Shown here piece after piece: positions 56,831 to 64,000 of a DNA stretch of 64,000 nucleotides. Within the stretch, counting starts at the first letter, position 1, and each line of letters opens with the position of its first letter. This DNA comes from Candidatus Omnitrophota bacterium. GTDB lineage: Bacteria > Omnitrophota > Gorgyraeia > Duberdicusellales > 4484-171. The stretch lies in assembly GCA_018826075.1 (NCBI GenBank), contig JAHKAJ010000035.1, positions 15,069 through 79,068 on the forward strand, given 5' to 3'. A program made the translations under genes and the position numbers. The notes beneath the pieces were generated by a model. That model made no database searches, was not told the DNA's origin, and saw only the letters and a program-made list of their open reading frames with translations.

Positions 56831-57780
56831 TAAGTATCTTTAGTGCAGTTTTTTTAACTCAGGCGATAACCTATCTGATCAGTTTTCGTAATTCCTGTTT
56901 TAAAAAGAAAACACAACTTTCTTCGGAAAGCAGCCGTTTGGAAGCTAAAGAGCTAAAAGTAAAGCGAGAAGTCGAGAGTTTAGAAAGAGTTTTGGCTGAA
57001 CGTTTTTTATTTTACGATCTTACCTGCCGGATAGCTCCCTTGCTGGATAAGAACGATCTTTTTGCCAAGTTTATTCAGGAGATCCATTACTTGGGGCCGA
57101 TAGAGGAAGCCAAAATCAGCGGTTATGGGTCGTTTGAACAGTATCGTAAATTTGAGTTAGGCCGCGGCATAAAGGAAGCACTTTACATTAAAACATCTTC
57201 AAATGAAGTTATCGAATACCTGCCTTATTTTGTAAAAATTTTAGGCCTTTGTTTGGAGAGGATACGCCTCTATGAGAAGCTGCAACAGTTATCGATTTAT
57301 GATCCCTTGACTAAGATCCATAACCGCCGTTATTCTATGGAAAGGTTTAACGAGGAATTCCGGCGGGCTAAAAGGTTTAACCATAACTTATCATACCTGA
57401 TGATCGATGTTGACCATTTTAAAGAAATCAACGATAACCATGGACATTTAGTCGGCGATGCAGTCCTGAGGGAGGTGGCTCGTTTGATCAAAGTCAATAT
57501 CCGCAAGATTGATTTAGCAGCCCGTTACGGCGGTGAGGAATTTTCGGTAGTCTTGCCGGAGACCAATAGAGCTGGAGCGATTATGCTGGCTGAGCGTATT
57601 AACCGCCAGGTTTGCCGCCAGCCGATAGCTGCTTTTGACGAAAAGATTTCAGCCAGCGTAAGCATCGGCCTGGCAGCCTATCCTGAGAACAGTATCCATC
57701 CTGATGTTTTGCTGGAAACTGCTGACAAAGCTCTTTACAAAGCTAAAATGTCCGGCCGCAACCGCGTCTGTTGGTTCTAA
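56812..57780 (+). CDS. membrane-anchored GGDEF diguanylate cyclase
   Basis: TM helix, coiled coil and RYGGEEF. Confidence 0.85.
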   Translation: MLFWAVISIFSAVFLTQAITYLISFRNSCFKKKTQLSSESSRLEAKELKVKREVESLERVLAERFLFYDLTCRIAPLLDKNDLFAKFIQEIHYLGPIEEAKISGYGSFEQYRKFELGRGIKEALYIKTSSNEVIEYLPYFVKILGLCLERIRLYEKLQQLSIYDPLTKIHNRRYSMERFNEEFRRAKRFNHNLSYLMIDVDHFKEINDNHGHLVGDAVLREVARLIKVNIRKIDLAARYGGEEFSVVLPETNRAGAIMLAERINRQVCRQPIAAFDEKISASVSIGLAAYPENSIHPDVLLETADKALYKAKMSGRNRVCWF

Positions 57781-57790
57781 CGATTCCAGA

Positions 57791-57837
57791 CACCCCCGGG
57801 GTGACCCTGAGCGAAGCGAAGGGGCTCCCCGGGGGTG
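57791..57837 (+). terminator. GC-rich 11-bp perfect hairpin following the GGDEF operon
   Basis: cacccccgggg ... ccccgggggtg with an internal gagc/gctc pair. Weak U tract. Unusually GC-rich for this genome. Confidence 0.4.
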
Positions 57838-57934
57838 GCGAAGCCGGTTTATAAAGGTTTGGAAAACCATTGTTTTGGCGGTATAATATTGGTGTTATTA
57901 AGTGTAGAATAATTGATAATAGCGGAGGTGAGCA

Positions 57935-58186
57935 ATGGTGCCAGATAATTTAGAATTCCAGCTCAAGGAAATCATCTCAAAAGTTGTTGAGATGGAGCCT
58001 GAGAAAATTCTCCCCGACGCTGATTTCATGAATGATTTAGGTATTGATTCTTTAAAAGCCATTGAAATAACCGGAGCCATCGAAAAAGCTTTCAGGGTAG
58101 TCGTGCCCGAAGAACAAATCCGCAATATCCGCACACTGAATCAGGCTTTAGCTTTAACTAAGCAATTATTAGAGGATAAGGATTAA
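57935..58186 (+). CDS. acyl carrier protein
   Basis: DSL phosphopantetheine attachment motif (LGIDSLKAIE). Confidence 0.75.
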   Translation: MVPDNLEFQLKEIISKVVEMEPEKILPDADFMNDLGIDSLKAIEITGAIEKAFRVVVPEEQIRNIRTLNQALALTKQLLEDKD

Positions 58187-58192
58187 CCGCTA

Positions 58193-59482
58193 ATGTCCGA
58201 AAAAAGAATAGCTATTACCGGCTTAGGCCCTTTAACTCCCATCGGAGCAGGTAAAACTGCCCTTTGGGATGCCTTGTTAAAGGGAAAAACTAATTTAAAA
58301 CTAGAAGAATGTTTTATTGACGGAGAGCTTTGGGAGAAATTCTACTTACATAAGATTGATAATTTTGACATTAAGAGTTTCGGTATCGATAAACAAACCC
58401 TTAAGGAAATCAAAACATGGAAAGAAGGCCAGGAAATCATAGATTTATATTATCTCTTGGCTTCAATAAAATTAGCCTTAGATGACAGCAAATTAGAATA
58501 TGATTTAGAAGATAATGATATTGCTTGCGTAGTCGCCCATGAGAACGCCGGCTTAGAGCAGTATATTTCTCAATGCATTGACTCTTTTGATAGCTTGAGA
58601 AAGGAATCTTCTTCAATTACCAAAAAGGGTCTTTCCGAAAAATACCACTACGCTACTATTAAAAGCGCCTACGACTTACAAACCTTTATGGTTATGTTCC
58701 ACGTTCTAAGGGCTTTTAAAATCCACGGTTATTCTTCAATTATAAATAACGCTTGTGCTTCCGGGTTATACGCTTTAGAGACAGCCAGCCAGATAATTAA
58801 AAGCGGCAGAAGTAAAACAGTGATTGTAGCCTCTTCAGATTATCCCCGGATATATAAGTATTTATGGTTTAAAGACCTGAACATGTATTCTTCCGATGGC
58901 TTAGTAAGGCCCTTTGGTAAAGATGCTAATGGCATTGTTTTTGGAGACGGCGGCTGTGGTTTAGTGATGGAGGATTTAGAGCAGGCTAAAAAAAGAAAAG
59001 CAAAAATTTATGCAGAATATTTAGGTGGAGGATTTTCTCAGGAAGGCTGGAAGGTAATTTATCCTAAGATCGGAAGTAATTTTTATCAAAAAGCCATAAA
59101 AGAAGCTTTAAAGTTTGGCAAGGTTAACAAAGAAGAAGTTGATTTGGTCTGCGCTCACGGAGTAGGAAATGTAGTTATAGATAGTTATGAGGCTAAAGCA
59201 ATCACTGATGTTTTTGGCCCTAACCCTAAAAACCCTTTAATTACTGCTTTTAAGCCTTACATTGGACATAACCTAGGTGGGAGCAATTTATTAGAGACTG
59301 CTATACTCATGCTTTGTTTAGAAAATAATCTAGTATTGCCGGTTTTAAACGTCAAGGAAACTCATCCTAAAATGCAAATGGATGTAGTAAAAGAAAAAGT
59401 CTCCAAAGATTTAAAAACCGTCCTGAAAACATGTTGTGCTTTTGCCGGCTATAATGGAGCAGCTGTCTTTAGAAAGATTTAA
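58193..59482 (+). CDS. beta-ketoacyl-ACP synthase (KAS I/II-like, divergent)
   Basis: Active-site Cys in NNACASGLYA and downstream His residues (CAHGVG, IGHNLGG). Confidence 0.75.
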   Translation: MSEKRIAITGLGPLTPIGAGKTALWDALLKGKTNLKLEECFIDGELWEKFYLHKIDNFDIKSFGIDKQTLKEIKTWKEGQEIIDLYYLLASIKLALDDSKLEYDLEDNDIACVVAHENAGLEQYISQCIDSFDSLRKESSSITKKGLSEKYHYATIKSAYDLQTFMVMFHVLRAFKIHGYSSIINNACASGLYALETASQIIKSGRSKTVIVASSDYPRIYKYLWFKDLNMYSSDGLVRPFGKDANGIVFGDGGCGLVMEDLEQAKKRKAKIYAEYLGGGFSQEGWKVIYPKIGSNFYQKAIKEALKFGKVNKEEVDLVCAHGVGNVVIDSYEAKAITDVFGPNPKNPLITAFKPYIGHNLGGSNLLETAILMLCLENNLVLPVLNVKETHPKMQMDVVKEKVSKDLKTVLKTCCAFAGYNGAAVFRKI

Positions 59483-59491
59483 AACAGCAAT

Positions 59492-61522
59492 ATGAATTTT
59501 GTATTTTCTCTTCTAGGGTTGATATTAGGCTTAACCTGTTCGGCATTAGTTATTATCCTAACGCTATACCGGAAAACCAGAATTCATTTTATCTGGCTGT
59601 TCTTTAATGTTGTAGTAGCGATTTGGGGATTTGGCGCTTTTTTTATTGGAAGGGCAACCAGCCCCCAAGAAGGGATAATTGCCTGGAGATTATCGCATAT
59701 TGGGGTAATTTTCATCGCTGTGCTCTTTTTTCACACCGCTTGCATTCTTTGTGATATTGAAAGCAAGCTTAAAAAAGTAATTCTTTTTGCTTACCTGCAG
59801 GGCGCTTTTTTTCTGTGCCTTAATGCCACACCTTTATTTATTTCCAAGACCAGAATAATTTTCGACTCTATTTATTACAACCAATCCACCGGTTTATTTT
59901 ATCCGGTTTTTTTCTTTATCTGGGTGGTTTTGGTTATTTGGGGCCATATCGAATTAATCCGGCATTACCGAATAGCTTCCGGCCTTAAACGAAATCAAAT
60001 ACTCTATTTTTTTACCGGTATGTTAGTAGGATTTTCCGGGGGAACGACTAATTTTTTCCCGATGTTTAAATTAGATATTTTTCCTTTCGGCAATATCACC
60101 ATCCCGATCTACTGCATTATTGTTACCTACGCTATATTAAAATATCGCCTGATGGATATAAAACTGGCTATTACCCGGGTAGGTATATTTATTTTAGTTT
60201 ATCTTTTTGCCTTAGGCATACCTTTATTTTTAGGCTATAAATATAATAGTTGGAAATTATCTACTTATTTAGCGATCATATTAGCTTCAATAAGTTCTTT
60301 CGCCTATGATTATTTGCGCCGGAGAGCCGAAAATATCCTTTTACATGAGCAGAATCGTTATCAACGGGCCTTAAAGGATTTTTCATCAACCCTTATTTTT
60401 ATCCGGGATATTGAGGAGCTTTCCCAGAAGGTGGTTATTAAGATAATGGATGCGGTAAAGTTGGATTTTTGCGCTATATATTTAAAGCAAGACGGTGTAT
60501 TTTCTTTGCGCAGTAAAAAGGCTATGAATCATCCGCAGTTACCTTCGGCAATTGAAGGTAGCAGCCAATTTGTAAATTCTTTTAACAACACAAATGCACC
60601 GGTATTAGGCGACTATCTTCCGCGTTTAGAAAATGTCCGGCTGGGTTTAGTTTCGCCATTATTTCTTAATCAGAATCTCTACGGTTTTATTGTTTTAGGC
60701 CCGAAAGAAAAGGACGCCTTATTTACCGATACTGACATAGACGCCTTCAGTATTGTTTCTAACCAGACCTCTTTAGCCTTATCCGAGATCTATTATTTCA
60801 ATGAGTTTCAGAAGGCAACCGAAGAAAAATACAAGTTATTAGTGGAAAAAGAACGCCTGCAAAGCGCCTTTGAAATCGCCGAGGCCTACCGCCACGAGCT
60901 GGGAAATATTCTTAATATCATCTCAACCTCTTTAGGTAATCTTATGTTTATCGGAGATACCACTCCTACCAAAGAAGAAATAGAGCAGACTAGAAAATCT
61001 ATCAATAATAATGTTAAGAGAGGCCATAAAATATTCAGCGCTATAAGCGAATATAACGAGAGCTCTAAGTTAGAGCCTAAAGAAGCAAGATTGGACGAAC
61101 TAATAAAAGCGGCAATCAACGATAAGGAAGAGGATTTATCTAAAAATAATATCAGCCTTAAGGCAGACATAGGAGAAAATATAGCCTTGCTGGCTAATGA
61201 TAACCTTATCTCTGCTTTAAGGTATTTCTTAGAAGGCGCAATTGGCGCTATAGAGTATGTTAATCCTAAAGTCCGGCTTATAGATATAAAGCTCAAAAGT
61301 CAGGACGGTTTGGCTGAGCTTATTATTTCCGATACCGGCGGTGATGCCACTGCTGATAAGTTGTACACCGGAATCGGTATTGAAAGAGCTAAAGAAGGTG
61401 GCATACTTTACTTTATCGCCCGCCGGATCATCTTTGACCATCAGGGGAAACTGGAAATGGTTTCTTTTGATAACGGCAAAGGCACAAGCTTTCTGATAAA
61501 AATTCCTTTAAAAAAAGTTTGA
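59492..61522 (+). CDS. multi-TM (7TMR-type) plus GAF sensor histidine kinase
   Basis: About 280 aa of TM helices, a GAF-like region, an H box RHELGN and a C-terminal HATPase_c (GKGTSFLIKIPL). No response regulator adjacent. Confidence 0.6.
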   Translation: MNFVFSLLGLILGLTCSALVIILTLYRKTRIHFIWLFFNVVVAIWGFGAFFIGRATSPQEGIIAWRLSHIGVIFIAVLFFHTACILCDIESKLKKVILFAYLQGAFFLCLNATPLFISKTRIIFDSIYYNQSTGLFYPVFFFIWVVLVIWGHIELIRHYRIASGLKRNQILYFFTGMLVGFSGGTTNFFPMFKLDIFPFGNITIPIYCIIVTYAILKYRLMDIKLAITRVGIFILVYLFALGIPLFLGYKYNSWKLSTYLAIILASISSFAYDYLRRRAENILLHEQNRYQRALKDFSSTLIFIRDIEELSQKVVIKIMDAVKLDFCAIYLKQDGVFSLRSKKAMNHPQLPSAIEGSSQFVNSFNNTNAPVLGDYLPRLENVRLGLVSPLFLNQNLYGFIVLGPKEKDALFTDTDIDAFSIVSNQTSLALSEIYYFNEFQKATEEKYKLLVEKERLQSAFEIAEAYRHELGNILNIISTSLGNLMFIGDTTPTKEEIEQTRKSINNNVKRGHKIFSAISEYNESSKLEPKEARLDELIKAAINDKEEDLSKNNISLKADIGENIALLANDNLISALRYFLEGAIGAIEYVNPKVRLIDIKLKSQDGLAELIISDTGGDATADKLYTGIGIERAKEGGILYFIARRIIFDHQGKLEMVSFDNGKGTSFLIKIPLKKV

Positions 61523-61603
61523 TTTTAGTTTTTAAGAAAGCGTAATTTTTAGTTGTCAGATAGCGCTTTTTGTGGATAATGTAGGTTTAAGCAAACTTCA
61601 AAA

Positions 61604-63037
61604 ATGACTGAAATTTTACAAAAGTATCTTTTAGAGGCCGTTGGGAAAAACCGCCAGGATTTACCGGAAACTAACATTTATCGGGAAATCGGTTTTGACG
61701 GTAACAGTAAACGCTTGGGTTGGGTTAAACCGGCTTCTTTTAGCCGGATAAAACAGTCGCTTCAGGATATTTTGCCGATCCTAGAGGGTAAAGAGATTTT
61801 TATTTTTGTGGGCATGGGTGGTTCGATAAACGGGATCAAGCCGTTGATATCGCTTTTGGGCCCTGAACAATGCTATGTTTTAGATAATTTAGACCCCCGG
61901 GCGATCTCCTCATTGGCTGCTGGTTTAAAAAATTTTTCAAAAACGTTAGTGGTTTTGATATCTAAATCGGGAACCACCAAGGAAACTCAGCTACTGGCTA
62001 AAACTTTACAGGAGTTATTTTGCGCCCAAGCACCAGGAGAACGGCAAAAAAATTTCCTTTGGTTGAGCGACCCCTCATCATTCGATAAACTTAATTCTTT
62101 AGGCTGGCAGGAGGTAGCTAAAGCCGCGATCCAGTTTGATTCCCAAAGCGATATCGGCGGAAGGTTTTCTTCACCGAATACCCTGATATTTTTTCTACCG
62201 TTATTTTTACTGCTAAAAAAAGATTTTAGCCGGCTGGAGAAAACATATAACCTTTTTTTAAGTTTTGAGAAGGCAATTAAAGAGGAAGCTTATCAAAAAG
62301 CCTCTGCCTGCAAGGATAAGCCGGAAGCTTATTTTTCTCCCTTGATCGACCCTTGTCTGGGTGAGTCATTTTCTTCATGGATAATCCAGTTGTTTCAGGA
62401 GTCTTTAGGTTCAAAAGACCCTAAACTTTCAGTTAAGACTATACCCAATTTAAAAGGCCAGGGCCGGTTCTGTCCTTTGAAACTTGATTTAAAAATAAAC
62501 GATAAATCAGTTGAACTTATAGCCCAGATGTATTTTTTCCAGGTGTTTATCGCCTATTATTCAGCTTTTAAGAAAATTAATTTTGTTTCTCAAGACTATG
62601 TCGAGGAGTATAAGCAGCAAATGCGCCGGCTGGAAGGGGAAGCCCGAAAAGAGCTGAAAATCCAAGCTGAAGATTTAGCCAGCCTTGCCCGGAAAATTAA
62701 ACCCTGTCTTAGCAAAGATTTTTCCTTTATTGAAGTGGTGCTTTATTTTGATCCTCAGCCCGGCCAGGCAGAAGCTATCAAGGATTTTTTGGAAAAAGAA
62801 TTCAACGATAAACAGGTCTTAGTTTTTATCGGCAGCGATTGGAATCACCAGTCATATCAGGCAGCTTTTGGCGCTAAAGATACTTTTTACCTGCTGCTAG
62901 TTTTAAGCGACTATCCGAAGTCGCTGGTTTCGTTACCTGATGAGATTTTAGACCGTAACATAGAAGCTTTAAGATTGATTGCTCAGGCCACCTATCTTAC
63001 TATTAAAGATAAGTCAGTTCTTGCGGCCTTAAAATAG
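61604..63037 (+). CDS. pgi: glucose-6-phosphate isomerase, short and divergent
   Basis: PGI signature DIGGRFSS, SKSGTTKET and an FVGMGGS SIS-domain motif. Confidence 0.6.
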   Translation: MTEILQKYLLEAVGKNRQDLPETNIYREIGFDGNSKRLGWVKPASFSRIKQSLQDILPILEGKEIFIFVGMGGSINGIKPLISLLGPEQCYVLDNLDPRAISSLAAGLKNFSKTLVVLISKSGTTKETQLLAKTLQELFCAQAPGERQKNFLWLSDPSSFDKLNSLGWQEVAKAAIQFDSQSDIGGRFSSPNTLIFFLPLFLLLKKDFSRLEKTYNLFLSFEKAIKEEAYQKASACKDKPEAYFSPLIDPCLGESFSSWIIQLFQESLGSKDPKLSVKTIPNLKGQGRFCPLKLDLKINDKSVELIAQMYFFQVFIAYYSAFKKINFVSQDYVEEYKQQMRRLEGEARKELKIQAEDLASLARKIKPCLSKDFSFIEVVLYFDPQPGQAEAIKDFLEKEFNDKQVLVFIGSDWNHQSYQAAFGAKDTFYLLLVLSDYPKSLVSLPDEILDRNIEALRLIAQATYLTIKDKSVLAALK

Positions 63038-63051
63038 TTAAAGGAGGAGAC

Positions 63052-63999
63052 ATGGATAAAGTTATTCAAAGATTAAGGGAACGGGCAAAAGTCGATCCTC
63101 GGGTAATAGTTTTTCCGGAAGCTGACGATGAGAGAGTAGTCGAGGCAGTCAAACGGATCGAGGAGGAGGGGATAGCTAAGCCACTCCTGCTTACTCAGGA
63201 TAATCTTGAGCCTGAGCGCCAGGAGGAGTTTGCCAATCTTTTTTTTGAACGCAAACAAGCCAAGGGCGTAACTTTCGAGGAAGCCAGGGAGTTAATGGAA
63301 AATCCCTTGTATTACGGCACAATGTTGACTCGTTACGGACATGCTGAAGGATTTGTTGCCGGGGCAAAGTTCACCACTTCTTCGGTCATCCGCTCTGCCT
63401 TAAGCTGTTTGGAAGTCGATAAACAGGCCGGGATAGTTTCCAGTTGTTTTATCATGGCAGTGCCTAATTGTTCTTATGGAGAAAGGGGAGTTTTTATCTA
63501 TGCTGACTGCGGAGTGATTCCTTATCCTACCAGTGAACAGTTAGCCAATATTGCTATTTCCTGTGCTCGTTTTTCCCGGGATGTTTTAGAGATTACCCCC
63601 AGAGTTGCCCTGTTGAGTTTTTCCACTAAGGGTAGCGCTGAAGGACGCTGGGTGGATAAGATAAAAGAAGCTGTAGAAATAGCTAAGGGAAAAAACAGCG
63701 GTTTTTTGATTGACGGGGAGTTGCAGGGTGACAGCGCGTTGGTTGAGTCAGTGGCTGCCCGCAAACTGGGAGAAAGTCAGGTTGCCGGAAAAGCCAATGT
63801 TCTGATTTTCCCTAACTTAGATGCCGGTAATATTTGTTATAAATTGACCCAGCGCTTGGCCAATGCCCGGGCAATCGGCCCGATCGTTTTAGGGACTTTG
63901 CAGCCTTGCAGTGACCTTTCCCGGGGCTGCGAAGTAGAGGACATTATCGACTGCGCTGCAGTTACTGTAATTCGGGCCCAGAAAAGAAACAAACCATGA
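63052..63999 (+). CDS. pta: phosphate acetyl/butyryl transferase (Pta_PtaB family, short form)
   Basis: Short-form Pta motifs (VIVFPEADDERVV, ...GPIVLG...). Confidence 0.8.
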   Translation: MDKVIQRLRERAKVDPRVIVFPEADDERVVEAVKRIEEEGIAKPLLLTQDNLEPERQEEFANLFFERKQAKGVTFEEARELMENPLYYGTMLTRYGHAEGFVAGAKFTTSSVIRSALSCLEVDKQAGIVSSCFIMAVPNCSYGERGVFIYADCGVIPYPTSEQLANIAISCARFSRDVLEITPRVALLSFSTKGSAEGRWVDKIKEAVEIAKGKNSGFLIDGELQGDSALVESVAARKLGESQVAGKANVLIFPNLDAGNICYKLTQRLANARAIGPIVLGTLQPCSDLSRGCEVEDIIDCAAVTVIRAQKRNKP

Positions 64000-64000
64000 A

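Noticed and set aside
1-64000. CRISPR arrays, IS elements, integrases, phage genes
   Set aside because: No regularly spaced direct repeats and no transposase or integrase-like ORFs were seen. Apparent mobility is limited to the compositional blocks and gene-fragment duplications described in the findings.

Overview
This 64-kb window looks like a gene-dense piece of a bacterial chromosome, probably from an anaerobe. Signs of anaerobiosis include a superoxide reductase, a B12-binding radical SAM enzyme, NifX-like proteins and ferredoxin-domain ATPases, and HrcA/CIRCE heat-shock control. About 75 genes are present and all but efp lie on the + strand. I recognised no rRNA, tRNA, CRISPR array, transposase or integrase.

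Gene content in order along the window:
- Housekeeping, first part: glnS, a DEAD-box helicase, maf, dus, corA and efp.
- A full Pho module: an OmpR-type response regulator and histidine kinase, Pho-box-like repeats, a small ORF, a porin and pstSCAB. It ends in an unusual in-frame fusion of an ArsC/LMW-PTP-like domain to PhoU.
- A metal-homeostasis stretch: nikR, then nikM carrying a PDGLE domain, then fur.
- An uncharacterised gene cluster right after fur: DUF5320, two NifX-like proteins, a SAM methyltransferase, two MinD/ParA-type ATPases with inserted 4Fe-4S ferredoxin domains, a 324-aa unknown protein, an IscU-like scaffold and speH.
- A second phosphate/arsenic and transport set: a MATE pump, pit with a DUF47 partner, a CaCA exchanger, an OmpA-like lipoprotein and an ACR3 arsenite pump.
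- A B12-radical SAM gene and a GH15 hydrolase.
- An Rrf2 regulator, two TauE exporters and a methyltransferase sitting in a rearranged miaB locus.
- miaB, miaA and hflX, then a heat-shock locus: hspR, a CIRCE element, hsp20, a long structured element, hpf, a second CIRCE, and hrcA-grpE-dnaK-dnaJ.
- Remaining genes: an FmdB zinc-ribbon protein, DUF1015, accD, an orphan MalK-like ATPase, two GGDEF cyclases, an ACP with a ketoacyl synthase, a 7TM-GAF sensor kinase, pgi and pta.

The most interesting items are these:
1. The Fur-linked cluster of NifX-like proteins, ferredoxin-ATPases, DUF5320 and IscU shares a candidate operator motif with the fur promoter.
2. The ArsC-PhoU fusion carries an internal RBS and start codon.
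3. Two fragments of a methylthiotransferase 5' end flank an inserted methyltransferase upstream of a miaB that lacks its TRAM domain, and the adjacent TauE gene is AT-rich.
4. A roughly 120-nt element with perfect long-range pairing lies between hsp20 and hpf.
5. A promoter module with an extended -10 box recurs three times.
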